Counted from the first letter of the whole stretch, positions 37,041-51,102 are shown. The stretch is DNA of 63,345 nt, filler included, from Choristocarpus tenellus KU-1152 (GCA_964200185.2; 10 parts of 10 records of this genome joined end to end with filler, not necessarily neighbours in it); one strand, 5' to 3'. Notes: generated by a model not told the origin, from the letters alone. Numbers and translations are program-made.

Positions 37041-37484
37041 ACCAACAGACTAAATTGTATGTGTGTCTCCACAAACACAGACACAATCAATTTTGTAATG
37101 TCTCTTGTCGTACACGACACAAGAAGCGCTTTTTTCCACATTTGCATTAAATATGTTTTAGCGTACTCCCTAAATTCCTTTAGTCAACCACATCAGAAAA
37201 ATTATAAAAATGGCTATCTTGCGTCTGACAACAGAATACACACCTTTTGCACATTGATATTGAACGCTGATTACTGGTGTGCACATACCCGCCAAGTGAA
37301 ATTTGACACATTCGTGTCAGTGCCGCATGGATGGACTACGACACAATGTGCATACCTTTCCTATGTTTTACTTAATGTGACGTTGTACCACCGCGACCAC
37401 TTGTTAAAGTATTCCATGGCTCATGTATGGATAGAAGAGATAAATACAGGAGTAGTACCAAACGTTGTAGAGTGATTATTCCCA

Positions 37485-37745
37485 GAGCCAAGGTATCTTA
37501 AAGGGTAGAGCCGTGTCCATTTGGGGGCCAAAATCCAATTTTGCAATCTTGATGTATTTCTAGCTATTGTGTTTGTTAGGAGATGTCAATATCCTTGTTC
37601 CCGATGCACTTTTTCATAGCGTAAATATTTTACCTACTTCGAAACGTTTTGGAGTAGATGAAATGTCATTAAAAGCCCCGTGGGAAGTCAAGCCCCAAAA
37701 TGGACAAACAGGGCAAAACTCGTACCCTCTAAGATACTTTCACTC
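37485..37745 (+). mobile_element. MITE family A, copy 7
   Basis: Full TIRs; 3-bp duplication CCA/CCA. Confidence 0.92.
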
Positions 37746-38049
37746 CCAAGCAGAGGGGGCTACCATTTAACCCCAAGACACCACGCTCAATGGGATCAAT
37801 TCCAACCTATCCGTTCGTATACAAGAAAGAACAGATATGGGTTAACCGACTAATAATTCTTGTCTTCTGACTCTGCATGTATGTATGCTCCTAGTGAAAT
37901 CCGTTACAGTTGGAGGAATCTATTCGAACTCCCTCCCTAGCTCAAACAACTCTGAGTGGTCACTGGATATAACTAGCTACTGAACTCACTTAAGAAGAAA
38001 ATCCAAACGAACACGAAAATTTCAAAATACAACGCAAAACAAACCACTA

Positions 38050-40480
38050 AACATAGTCTAAATTCAGCAAAGCCCATGCATGCCTCCAAAAGGGTTCGTC
38101 TGCTAGAGGCTTGGTCAGCAAACCTGCATGCTTCTCATCTGAGTTAACCTGAATGATCTGTATTTGCTCGTTTGCGATCAAGTCCCTCAGGAAATGGTGT
38201 CGCACACATCTATGTGCTTGGTCCTGCTAGAACTCAAAGGGTTGTTTGCCGAATGGATGGCCCTTGTGTTGTCCTCATATTCCACATAACAAGATCAAAA
38301 AACATCAGGTCGAACAAATTCCAACACACCCCTCAAAAGCAACAAGTCCTTCACACAGTCCCCCATGGCTATGTACTCAGCCTCTGCAGTGACTGTGCAA
38401 TAATACGCTGGGGTTTAGAAAACCAGGCTACTGCTCCCCCCCCCACATCACTGCCCCCCCTGATACAGAACGTCTGTCAAAAGTCTCATTGGCGAAGTCT
38501 GCATCAGCAATCACCACTAGTTTCAGTCCTGCTCCTTTCTCGTAGGTGAAGCCCAACTCTCGCGTTCCTTTGAGGTACTTGAGGATCTGGGTTACAGCTC
38601 TCCAGTGGGCATGACTTGGAGCATGTGAATGACGGGCTACAGCTCTCACTGCATTAGCTGCATGCCCTGGTCATGTTTCTGACCCAAATCAATCCCCCAA
38701 CTGCCTCACAAGAAAGAACAATCCTCTGACAGGGTATCTCCCTCCCTAATTCCCAGCTTTCTGAAAGGGGCAGCAGGGATGGGACTTGCTGATTGGGTGG
38801 AAACAATTAACACAAACTGTCAATGTAATTAGTCTGGGTAATGGAAAGGTATTATACTTCCAATCTCTTGTGTAAGTGCAACCGGAAAACTGAGACAACA
38901 AGGCAAGGCTTTTGGTGGGGAAAACTTCATTCAGGGAGGCACAAAGATCATCGCAATCATCACCAGACGCCAAAACCATCATGTCATCAATATGAACTGC
39001 AAGGATTATATTGGCAACACCATCCTCCGGAGACTAAATATATACGGGTCAATGAGACACTGCTCAAAACCATTACCCTTAAGGGTGGAAGTCAGTTTAG
39101 CATTCCAAGTCCTAGAGGCTTGCTTTAAACCATACAGGGACCTGTGAAGGCGTACGGTCATATAGGAGAGATCTCCACATCCCTGTCGGAGGCGCATGTA
39201 CACTTCCTCATCCAAGTCAGATTGAACAAAGGCCTGCTCTACATCTAGGTGCCACATCCTCAGGTCCAATTCAGAGACCATTTAGGCCATTAGTCTAACG
39301 GACGAGGCGGAAGGTGTGGGGGCAGAGGCTTCAAAGTAATCAACGCATACTCCTGGCCAAAACCTTGAACAACTAGCCTTGCCTTAGCCCCACTGAATAT
39401 CCCAAAACAGTAACCCTTCCATTTGAGCACCCACTTGGAACCAATAGCCTTGTGCCCCGAGGGTACATCTGCAACACTGAAGGTACCTATGTCCAATAAA
39501 CCATCCAACTCCTTAGACATAGCCTCTCGCCATACTGGCCGGTATTCAGACTCCCTAGCCTCAGCATAAGACCGTGGGCCCGGTCCCAACTCAGAAACAA
39601 GACGATCATGAAGGGAGGTGCACATCAACACAGACTTGGGTGTGATCTGTACAGCCAGGGCATAAGCAACATGTTTCCTCTCTACACTAGCAATGAGAGA
39701 CGACATCCCATCACCAGCACCTGCACTTCCTTTAACTCTGGCAAGCGTTTCCTGTTTAGTCCTACCCAAATCAATGCAAGGTTCGCGGACTGGATTGAGA
39801 AAAGAGTCCTCTAGCTGGCCAGCTGCAGTATGGGCAACCGTTGGGTCAGCACCTGCCTGAAGCAAGTGCTGCGAACTCACGAATGAGATATATCCTACAC
39901 TCCCTTCACCGTCTCGGGTAGTGTCTCTGGGCAGGCTCATGTCAACCTGACCTCCCTCCGCATAACCAGTGACAGGATCAATAGCCAGATCCTTGACAAT
40001 CAGACCTACGCTCCCTTCACCAAGGGCAGGATCATTGCTCAAACGATATCTTTTGTTGCCAAAGGATGACCTCTCACCTAGTACAAGCCTGTCCTCACTC
40101 CCATCCATACAGGAAGAATCATCAGATAGGGATGAAGTGGAGGAGTGAGATATACAAATAGACTGTACATCTAATGGTGGGCCACCAGCTTCGGGATTGG
40201 AAAACAAGTCCTCAGAACGAGGGTCTGCATCAAACCCTCCCCCCCCCTTTCGCAAAACAGGAGCAACCTCTCCTAATGGGACAAGACTGGGGTCATTAGT
40301 GGACAGCTCAGCAGCTATTGACAGTTGCAAAACTCGAGCCTCAAGAGCTTCCATGCATCATATCACCAACAAATTTGTTAGGCTTGCCATAGGTGAAAGC
40401 AGGCTTCTAACAGGAAGATGAAGGCAAACATTCAGGGGGGTTCTCGTGTGCCAGTTGCCCGCAACCTTGTACAGATTCCA
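38050..40480 (-). mobile_element. Ty1/copia LTR-retrotransposon pol remnant (RT + RNase H), frameshifted
   Basis: PRSYAEARES...WREAMSKEL...GHKAIGSKWVLKWK...KARLVVQGFGQ; HLDVEQAFVQSDLDEEVYMRL; SLYGLKQASRTW; HWRAVTQILKYLKGT; ADADFA...DRRSVSG; HAGLLTKPL. Confidence 0.93.
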
Positions 40481-40879
40481 AATGCACTATAACATCATGG
40501 GCATCCTCTCACCAACCTTGGTTTGGTGGATGTATCAACCGATGCCATCGCCCAGGCTGTTGCTTCACAAGGACTCAGACAGATAGAAATATTAATTTCC
40601 ACACACTCAACGCATCTCCTATAACAAGGCATCATGGAAGCATGCAACATGGAAATGGACAGGAGGCAGGAAAATGGGGAAGAGGTAACTTTCTACAAAA
40701 TTGCTGACGATGCAATGTTTGTTGCTCTACATTACTACTCAATATACACAGATCATCCATATCACAGCTTATTGGGAATAACACTCTGCCATCATGAAGC
40801 TCGCTTGTGATGTCAACCACACACTGGCATTACCCTATTGTACTACTGTATTGGCTGGTTACCCTTCCTCGTGCTCCAT

Positions 40880-41150
40880 CCCTTATCTAACTGTGATACC
40901 AAACCTTCTTGAGATCGTCTTGCAGGCACACCAGTTCTTCTCCTCCTGTCCACCTTACTATTTCTTCCAGTTCCTCAAGCATAAAACCTTTGGACTTCAC
41001 TCATCCATCATGCGTGCAACTGGCCCTCCTTCTGCAAATACTAGAAAGTCTGTCTCCCTTTTTCACAAAAACAATGGCACCATCGACTTTTTTATAGGAA
41101 AGAGTGATCAGTTCCTTCTTCCCATTTGCAAAATCTTATTCAGCATAGTA
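40880..41150 (-). mobile_element. Short RTE-like LINE remnant resembling 16100-16900
   Basis: Minus-strand LVFAEGGPVARMMDExSPK...GGQEEKNW resembles the C-terminal motif of the 16 kb remnant. Confidence 0.55.
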
Positions 41151-41659
41151 TTAGTAATAGGAGAAAATTGTGCTGATCGGAGTGAAGGTTAATGTAATCG
41201 TGGACCTAGCAGCATAGTGTCCATCTTGTCGTCACTACCATATATATATACATTTCTTGATATACACACACAGGAACCGAATACCCAGAACATTGACGTA
41301 TATCCTGGTTAAGTTGTTTGTTTTTCTTCTACACCCATAAGTTCTAGAGTTCTATCTTATACACAGTGAGGGAATGACGTGACTTGAAGTCGATTAACAC
41401 CACTATATGTATGATCCTACTGTTTTTTTTGTAGATACAATCGATTTCAATACTGCTATTAATAGTACTAAAATAATAGTAGAGTTTCAAGATATGAAAT
41501 AGAAGTCAGATAGTAGCCCTTTGTTCCTTACACAGTTCATTAAGCCAGAACAAGGTATTCAAGTTCATTTGATCTTCAAGCTCTCCTGGGGCAGAGGTCG
41601 CAATTGTACAGCATCACCAGTAGCAATAAACACACAACAGTACACCGCCATCTTGGGCA

Positions 41660-41759
41660 NNNNNNNNNNNNNNNNNNNNNNNNNNNNNNNNNNNNNNNNN
41701 NNNTTAATTAATTAANNNNNNNNNNNNNNNNNNNNNNNNNNNNNNNNNNNNNNNNNNNN
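41660..41759. other. Artificial contig-joining linker
   Basis: Same cassette. Confidence 0.98.
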
Positions 41760-43292
41760 CTTGTGGATTGTGTAGAAAGGCGGCCCCGGTGTATTTGAAG
41801 GCATCTTGCAGAGGTTTCTCGCGGCACAAGGCACGCTTCCACTTTATTCCCCTACCAGCAACGTATTGTACCGCTGTGTGGTCATTACTCAGGAAGAAAG
41901 GCACTTTTCGCGAGAAATTTTTGCACGCGCGCCAAACTCGCGTGAATATCTCCCCGAGTTTGTACCAAGTCGCCCGAATACGAGAATTCAGGTACAAAAA
42001 CCTATTTTTTCGAGCATGTCGAAAACATTGGTACAAAATGGGGGGTTGGTACATAATAGTTGGCATAAACTCGGGGTGGTACTGTATACACTTATGTGAA
42101 CAATAATAAATACTATCAGGAACAAAAACTTTTGTGAATTGTGAAGTGACACATGTTTTTTGAGGGTGAGTTTAATTCATTCGGAAGAACCGAGATCAAA
42201 AACTTCAACTGGCAAGGTCCAGTTATTTGGATTTTTTTCATTGGAAGATTGAAAAAAACGAAATGAATTATGTGTCAGGAACAGGTCACCTTTTTTGGGA
42301 TCTCCAATGATGAGGATAATACACGCGATCATATACATTTGCGCGCGTGTACCTTTTGTAATTGACCCCAGGACAAATGATGTGTTCTGGGTCAGACGCA
42401 CGGCTGGCACGCGGTAACCTCGACAACGGATTCAAACCAGCAAACCCCGAGATTGTGTTTCTGTTCTGGCTGGTCACAACCAATCACATTGAAGATTGAT
42501 CCACATGGCACTATGAGGTTGGTTGTCAACATACACCCAGCATGCCTCAGTCTCATCTTTCGCCTCATTTCTGAACCTCATCCCTGGTGGTTCTCATCAC
42601 CCCCCATCACACAGAAGCAGGCCCCATTACATATGTTGTATTCTTATACTCTAATGTGTGAATCGTGTGATTCTGTGGCGGCGTGGTTCACTCAGCCAAG
42701 CAAGGGTGGTGAAGATAATCATCGGGCAAGACGGACCAGACGAACAAAGACGAACCGTAACCAAGGGTACGAGGTTAAGGTTGGACAAGTGCAAAACGAG
42801 GTGTGATGAGCATCTCCAAAGATGGGGCTTCATCACCACAAGTCAAGATGTGAGAACAAAGTGGATATTTCATGTGTGAGATCTTTCATGTGTGAGATCT
42901 TTCATGTGTCACAACTCTGAATGATGAGCTGTCCCAAGTCTGTGGGATTGGTCTCGTGAAAAGATTAAATTAATTCATTCTGACGGAAGGTCCGCCAGTT
43001 GAATAATGAATGCTTGGCGAGGAACCTCAATCGCTACAACAGTATAACGGTATAACGGTATATGACATACGGCAATAGCGGTATAACAAAAGACAAACAT
43101 GCTTTCCACAAATGCCTCTTAGAATTTCCTGTTTCCCCAGTTTCAAGGTCAAAGTTTAGTACAGATATTGGACTTACACATTATGTACCTATTATATCGA
43201 TCATAAAATTCTACACAAGCAGTCATAGACTCCTCCCCTTGCACAGGCCACCCCTTATGGTCAGTTCTTTAGTTCAATAATAAGAGAGTGAA

Positions 43293-43661
43293 GAGCCAAA
43301 GTATCTTAAAGGGTAGAGTCGTGTCCATTTGGGGTCAAAATTCAAGGTTGCGATTTTGATGTAATTTGGCTATCGTGTTTGTTAAGAAGTGCCAATATCC
43401 ATGTTCCGGACACTCCTTTTCATAGTGAAAGTATCTTAGAGGGTGTACGGGTTTTGGCCTGTTTGTCCATTTGGGGCTTGGCTTCCCATGGGTTCAAAAT
43501 GTTTAGGAGTAGGTAAAGTATGTATGTTATTAAAAGGTGTGTTCAGAACATGGATATTGACACTTCCTAACAAACACAACAGTCAAAATTATATCAAAAT
43601 CGCAACATTGGATTTTGGCCCCCAAATGGACTCGGCTCTACCCTCTAAGATAATTTGGGTC
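43293..43661. mobile_element. Chimeric MITE family A: left half (43293-43423, +) fused to an inverted, internally deleted copy (43424-43661, -)
   Basis: The junction ...ttttcat/agtgaaagtatcttagaggg... joins the two; both outer ends are left termini, giving ~130-bp inverted arms. Confidence 0.88.
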
Positions 43662-45018
43662 AAGATTTTGCACAAAAACAGGCAACCACAGCCCCTCCCT
43701 GGTATAGCTCATCCCTGCTACCCAGGCACAGTCCCCTCTCGTAACATTCCTGCTGGTGCTGCTGGGGCACCATGTCTGCTAGTTGGTGAAGTTCTTCCTC
43801 TCTTTCCTCAGTCACAGACCACACAGAAGAGGTCCCCACTGTGTAGACTTCGATTGATCCCTCTCATATTACGTCGTGAACTCTACTTTAATCATTCACA
43901 ACCAACCATCGAGTGATCATTAGGGTCTTCAGACCCTGAACAAGAGTGCCAAAAGAAGATTACGTCACCAATAACACCTGGCGTGTGTCGCTCATAAACT
44001 GGTATTTCTATCTAATCAGAACTTTCCAGCTGACTCCTTCACCTTAAATAAGTTACTTTCCACGATCCTTCAAAATCTGACCCATCCAAACTTGAATGCA
44101 ACTCAATGTGACATCTTCATCCCATGTTATTTCCGTAACACTTGGTGGTGGGTGGGTAGTCCTGTTTTCGCACAAACACACAATTGTAGGGAAAGCTTTT
44201 GAGAGCGCATTTTTTTAGATGCTGCAGGTCATAGCGACCCCAAACAAAGACGATGAAGGACCTGCTGCTGCTGCATGGATAGAACCCGTCTGAAGAATCA
44301 CCTGCACTCAGACAAACCTGCTGCGATAATACTGTGCAGTGATCATCCTGTTAAGAACTCCAGTGTCTCTCTTTACAACAACCATAACAGGCTACTGTCG
44401 ACTTTGTGTGGTTAGGATATGATACTATATGGCGCGATGATGTGATTGGGGGACAGGGGGGTAGCTGTGATATGGGAGAAAAGAGGAGGGAGGAAAGAAA
44501 AAGTGGTGGTTGTCCTCCTGGTTAAACAAGTGAGGTCTGTCCTGGATGCTTAGCAAAGAGGAAGAAGTCGACGTGGACATGATATATGCCCCCTCATGAA
44601 CCAATCATTGTCCTCGATGTTCGAGCAAATCCTTAGTATGTGCTCTTTTTTCTGTTCGTTTCTTCTTTGTATGGACTTGACAAATATACCTGAGTTTTTG
44701 ACACATAGGTCCTAGTATTACCTTTGCTATCTTTTGCATTGCCTTCCTCAGTTTTCTGACCATTAGGTTCGAATGTGTTGCATTTTCCTTCCTTCTCCTT
44801 CAAAACTGTACAGTAATCGTTTGAGCATCACTACGTCACACCCTGAACTGATGTGTGATAATATATATTGTTATACCCTCTAACACTGTGTCCTTGACCC
44901 TAGTGCACCACCGGAGCCAGTATGGACAACGGGCAAACGCGTGGGCCTCGACTCAACCTCTGGAACCAGCATGCCAGATCCCCCCTCTGGAATTCAAGCT
45001 CACAGTCAACAGATCCCT

Positions 45019-45118
45019 NNNNNNNNNNNNNNNNNNNNNNNNNNNNNNNNNNNNNNNNNNNNTTAATTAATTAANNNNNNNNNNNNNNNNNNNNNNNNNN
45101 NNNNNNNNNNNNNNNNNN
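45019..45118. other. Artificial contig-joining linker
   Basis: Same cassette. Confidence 0.98.
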
Positions 45119-45120
45119 AC

Positions 45121-46508
45121 CTCATCCATCATTGTAACCTTGGTGCGGTTTGTGGGCAGGGGACGCGCCCGCTTGACGGCCTTCATATCAGAAGCATCCG
45201 GGATTGCATTCTGTTGGGGTTTGGGTGAGGGAAAAGAAATGATGAGAAGAACAAGAGGTGTTCATGAATACCATAATAGGGTCGCTTGATGACATTCCAC
45301 TGTTGAAAACAGAGGATGAGTGGGTGGGGCAGGGGTCCTGGCGCGTGCAAATAGAAAGCAATTGGCAATCCCCCAACATCCAACAGTGTGTGTGGCAAGC
45401 AGAAAATCATTAAAATTCACAATGATGGCTCACAAACTTCATGCCACAACTGGAGCACCAAGGGAGGGACTAATTGCTGAGTTTGTACAGCAATTCCGAA
45501 TCAGCTTGTCAAGTACTCTGGGAGTTATCAGAGTAGCACATGTACATTCAGATAAATAATTTATGCAGTCAGTATTGCGCTCACTATTGGGATTCACAAC
45601 CTTGTTGGTTGGAGGGACTGTATGGGACGGAGTTGCGTGTTGGTTCACCTCATGTGTGGCGTCGGTCTTGACAGCAGGGCCGAGTTGCACCATCTGCTTC
45701 AATACCTCTGGGTCCATGTCAGGTACCTATGTCCGTCGCCGAGTGAGTTTTGGATCAAGAGAGGGAGGGAAAGAAAGGGCGAGAGATGTCCCAAATGCTG
45801 TTACACTGCTATTGCACTTTGGGGATAGGCAAATTATCACAATGCAGACTCGTGATACCTTGTGTCATGTCTCGCCTCCAATTAGTTTCTATCTCAGCAT
45901 GCTTAGTTGACTGCCCGCAAATCAGGTGAACCATACATGCATCGTTCCACATCCAATCTGTACAAAAGGGCTACAGAACTTCATGTTTTCATGGGGCAGC
46001 ATCCTACGCTGTGCCTTATGGGCGAGTTTGATGGGCCTCAACAGGACACCAAAAACGCTTTTCTGCAAAAATCAAAAGCAGCCCTGACGGTATAATAAGG
46101 GTATGATGTGCTTGGCGACTAGTTATGCTCACTTGAGTGTCCAAGTGCTTTCGTGCAGCAGCTCGACTGTCTTGTTCGGATACTTCTACCACTGTGAACA
46201 GCGACGAGAGGGAAGGACATGCTGGCATATTGGCATGGTGTGGCTGCGCGAAAGAGAAGCTCTGAAGATCAAAGTTATACCTCAGTTGATCTTATTTCGA
46301 AGTAACGGAGATAGCTTATCTACCTCAAGAATCAACGCAGTTGATGGATACTATGACCTCCTGAGTTGACAATAGAGACACCTTTATTCGGCTTGAAATT
46401 AGACAGGAGATCGTCCATCTTCGATAGTTGTGGAGTCCCTTGTCTTGGCCTCACGGTCCTTGCGGCCGCGGATGCCACCTTTTCTGCCTTGCTAGAGGCA
46501 CTGCCCAT
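45121..46508 (-). CDS. Putative NDUFAF4-like (complex I assembly factor) protein, N-terminal four exons
   Basis: Phase-consistent exons 46508-46382 (MGSASSKAEKVASAAARTVR...), 46185-46133, 45726-45649 (VPDMDPEVLKQMVQLGPAVK) and 45180-45121 (AVKRARPLPTNRTK...). The gene model is well supported; the family call rests only on MGxxxSK, DPxxxxxLGP and RPLPxxR motifs recalled from NDUFAF4-like proteins. Confidence 0.55.
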
Positions 46509-47238
46509 ACTCTCTGCGGCCTACGTCCCAATATCCCTCAAAAGGTTAGAGCGCACTCTCATCCCTGAAGAGTTCATTGCCTGGGAAAGGCTTGTTCGGA
46601 CGTTGTGACGAGGTGAGGTGTAGTAGTAGTAGTGATTAGTGTGATCTTGAACAAGGGTGTAGTCGTTCAGAGTTGGAGGAAGCTCCTTCGGTTGATGTTG
46701 GAGCGTGGGTAAAGGCGGGAAGTACTGAAGCAGTGGAAATCACCGCCAACGGTCAGCTCATCATCAAGATTCAATGGAGGACAAAGATGAGACAGTAGGT
46801 CAGTAAGGTTGACATACACAAAATTACTGTTTGTTGGATCGGACTCGAAGGGTCCAGAGTTCTCCGGGTCCCGTGGTCTTGTCGTGTCCTAAAACCCTGT
46901 ATGTCGCCCTGTGCATGTGGTTAATCTAGCTGCACTACCTTAATTCTCAGTGTCCAGTCAGCACCATTCGGTATAGAGTTCAAACTGGGGCACACACTTC
47001 AACATCGATTGAGCTGGAAGACCTGTTTACGCAGAGCCGCTGCACGCTCTGTTATCGCCATATCTACTTCTACTTCCAAGCGAAGCCACGTCCTGGACGT
47101 GTTTGATCAGAGAGTGCGGGCTTGGAGGATTGGTTGGTAGTTACAAACAATTTCCTGAAGATCTTTTTTTCCATTTACGTTAGAAAAACGCACTACTGCC
47201 ACCCATTGCCATGGACTCATTCCAAACGTTACTAGAGT

Positions 47239-50200
47239 ATGAATGACCAAGACCAACAGCAGGATATAGCTCTTGCGGCACAAAACCAAGCACAAACGTA
47301 TATGAGCAAATCCAATACTCAAGCAATCCTTGATAAATCGACCTGTATCCATGCCAAAAAAGGCTTGAAAGGCTCCCCACCAGAAGACAATGATACCGAC
47401 AAGGCAGGAGGGAATATGCACACTCTATGGGAGCAGATGACTGCTAGAGAGGGGAGAGACGCTGCGCATCGAGCGGGTATGCTCGCCAGTGACTGGGAGG
47501 CACAAAGGCACCTGCAACAGGCCCTTCGAGAAAGCCAGGTAAAGTCTACTAGAGTCAGGGAAAATATCTGACAATCATTACCTTTGGCACTACTGAAATC
47601 TCCTTGTGTGGTCTCATTGGTCGCTTCTCCTCGACACAGATTTTTTTTTCTCGCCTATCTCCAAGTGTAACAGTAGGAGGAAGGCAAGGGACGTGCGTTG
47701 ACCTGGGTTACCTACCACTTTCCTTCAGGGGATTAGTTATGACATAGTATCCAAACTGGAACACCTCAGGCCAATGTCATCTTTGGGGCACTGTATTTTA
47801 CCAATAGAGCGACACAGTCTTTGGTGGTTAATTATTGTGTTTTTTGTACCAATTGAATGAGCTGATTGATATTGTCCTTGGTTTGCAACTCACAAGAGTC
47901 TGGCGATGCAAGTAAGTGTTCTGTTTAAGGGTCGTTGTATGCCCTCCGAAAATTTGGAATTATGGGGAAATGCCAGTTCTTACACATAAATGCACCTCTT
48001 AAAGAAAGAATGCGCATATAATTGTTAGGACTGCAAGGTATCTCGACCCAGTTTGTTCCACACTTTCCCCCCTGCCTTCTCCCTTATGTGCATCACCTCC
48101 ATCTCTACTTGCCTTCAACTACACTGGGCACTTCAACTTTGGTATCAATGTAGAGTGAAGCTGTTGTGAAAAAAGAGAGCAATTTGGTCCGGCTGGGATT
48201 CCAGGCTCTGGGCATGCATGAGGCAGAGGATCCTGGGGAGGTGAGAAAGAGAGTCTCTGGAAAAGCTACAGCTGGCGCCTCCACTGCCAGAGGTGCACCT
48301 GATGACGCACACGTAGTACCAAAAAGAGCTCAGGGAGAGGAGGGAGAGGAGGGAGAGGAAGAGAATGACAATGAAGTCATGGACCCCATAGAGATGATTG
48401 TGCGTAGGGATGGCTTTGTATCCACCCTCATAGGTAATAAAGAAGATGAGGGTATGGCTTCTTGCAGGTGTCATGGGAGTCATGCTGGTGCTGATGGCAG
48501 AAGAGGTGGGGTGCAGAAATCCAATGGGGAAGAGGAGGTGGGGTATGGGTTCATAGGAAGAGCTGAAGCGGGTCGAAAGACTGCCAGTGGGAAAGAGCTG
48601 GCCAATCACGGTCAAGGGAGGAGAGGGGAGGCAGGAGTGGGCAGAGGGGGGAGGGGGAAGAGATCGATCAGTGGGGCTATGGAGAAGGAGATAATGGAGC
48701 AGGGGGATGAGGGGGAGGTGGAAGAGGAGGGGGAGGGAGAGGTGAGCGAGGAGCAGGAGGAGCCCCCACACGATGTTGTGTTGTGTCTGAGTGAAGATGC
48801 TCTTCATCAGATGATGGGTTTTCTCAATGCAGATGACATTGCGGAGTGTCAGTCAGTGAGCAAAAACTGGGGGTTTGCAAGAGACGAGGAGGTCTTTGAG
48901 GAGTTGTGCCGAAGAACCTATCTTGCTCAGGTGAAGCTACATGTAGCATAAGGGAGCAGTGGATAGGAAGCTTCTGGGAAGTTGATATTTATCTCTCTTG
49001 TGTTGCTCTTTTAGGTTGAAGTGGTTTGGTGGTTTGCCTCTCTGTGCGCTGTTGTGTATTTGATGGAGTTGCAACTGACTTTATTGTAATGCGCTTAGGG
49101 ACTTACTGCTTGACTTCCTCTGTGTTGCACAGTGTACCTACCAGCAGGAAGTACTCTTGTTGGCAGTGCTTCTGCCTTGGCTCTGAATATTATTATTATT
49201 TGTCCACTTTTTGCCGTCCAGTCGCAGTGGACACTGTGTGAATATTTAGAACATACCTTGCATGTGTTGAAGCTCGTGGAAGTACGTGGAAGTGATTTTG
49301 ATACATTTTAGAGGCAAAAATAGAACATCGCCGATACCTATTCATTTCATCTTCCCCTCCCCTCCCCTCCCCTCCCCTCCCCTCCCCTCCTTTCCCACAT
49401 CTATCCTGCACACCCTTTGAAATGTGGAATCCTTTGGCGATTTACTGCAGTCGTCCAAGAAGATTCTGAATGTTCAACGGTGGAAGTCATGGCACCAAAT
49501 GTTCAAGCTCAGACCACGCCTTAGGACAACTGGCCTCTACACTCTGAAGACAACCTACTACAAGAAGCCTGTGAGAGACATGTCCACCAACTGGGTTGCC
49601 GGCACCTTGCTGGAGGTGTGTGTGTGTGTACAAGGGCGTGTCAGCCGCGTTTGCGCTATGATTGGTTTTTAGGGGGTTGATGTGGTACATGTTGTTGTTG
49701 ATACGATCGTTTTTTTGTAGGAACTTCAACCTCATTGTCTGTCAAGGTGCGCGGATGATACATGTTTCACACGAAAAATTCACTTCCTCACACACCAAAA
49801 AAATAAAATAAAATAAAAATAAAATAAAAAATAAATTGTGGGACTCTTTTTGTTGTTGTTGTATTTGTTGCTGCTGTTGTTGTTGCCATGCAAAGGTGAC
49901 CTACTACCGATACTTCAAGTTCTACGAGGATGGCTACGTAGCCTATGGTCTCACCCACGAGAATCCACGAGACTTTGTGCGAATGCTGCAGGTGGGTTCT
50001 CACTATCATTGGCATCAATTTTCGGCAAAACTTGAAACCGCTCTTCTGTTCAGAATGCTGTACTGATCTTGTGGCGTGCGTGCGCCTTCGCCCCAATTGT
50101 TACTTTTTCATAGTGGGCGCACCCCATCATGGCAGGCAAGGTTTGCGTAAATGAGATGGACACACAACGGTCCCTCTTGTGTGCATTGTAGTGGTGTGAG

Positions 50201-50817
50201 TACTACTTCTGTCATTGTAGTGGTGGTCAAGCGTTCAATCTCTTCTGTCCTTTTATTTTATTTTATTTTATTTTATTTTCTGATGGGAAAGTACAACCGG
50301 GAGTGCCGAGGACTGTGATTTAGAGCCTGTAGGTCAGTGGGCATTGGCCTCTGTGCTATGCCTTCTCCCTTTTGCATTGACTAACTCGTTTGAAATGCCA
50401 AATGACCCCACCAAATTAGTGTGGTGCACGGACAAAGATGCGCGCGCGCACACACACGCGCGCGCACGCATGTACCTTTCCCCGTACTCCTCTTTCTGCT
50501 AAGATCTCCCAGCTGCAATCTCTCTCTAATCCTCGTCACAGGAGAGTAGCCCTAATGTTATTCGTGGGACGTACACCATCAGCAGATGGGAGGTATTGGT
50601 GACCATCCCTACCCAACACGCAACGGTGAGCTTCCTGCTGCGCCTGGCCAATGGGGAGAGGGGTCGCTTTACACACCTCGTGGTAGAGGAGCACCGCTCC
50701 ATTGCAACCCATGATCCACGAGCGGGTTCCTGTCGACACAGGGTGAAGAGCACGGACATATTCAAGGTGATTTGGGGCGGCATTTTGGTTGTTCTAGTAA
50801 TAGTGGTTGGGTACTAA
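47239..50817 (+). CDS. FBXO9: F-box only protein 9-like (FBXO9/Hrt3/FBP7 family)
   Basis: Exons 47239-47538, 48154-48930 (F-box LSEDALHQMMGFLNADDIAECQSVSKNW...EEVFEELC), 49451-49615 (SWHQMFKLRPRLRTTGLY), 49896-49991 (VTYYRYFKFYEDG) and 50542-50817 (3' end uncertain). RPRxRxxGxY and YYRYxxFxxDG are FBXO9-family signatures. Confidence 0.85.
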
Positions 50818-51036
50818 CATAGGTCGGGAAAGCTTTTTTTCCTTCAGAATACGAAATACTACCAAGTACTAGGAGAACTTTTCTTGTATGGAGGAGTTGT
50901 ATTGTGAGGTTGGTTCAGTGGGGCTCTATGTTTTTGTTGAGGAGGGGTTGGGTGGGAGGGTGGCTTTGGTAAAAATGAGCCAATCACAACAATGTTGGTG
51001 CAATTCGATGCGTGAAAGTTTTTTTTTTTTTTTTTT

Positions 51037-51067
<31 letters not shown>

Positions 51068-51102
51068 TGGGGGGTTTTTTTTTTTGTTTTTATTTTTTTT
51101 TT

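Noticed and set aside
42868-42909. 16-bp tandem repeat TTTCATGTGTGAGATC x2.6
   Set aside because: Ordinary local slippage with no further structure.
48145-48807. 220-aa minus-strand ORF (likewise 25460-26143)
   Set aside because: Antisense shadows of real plus-strand exons.
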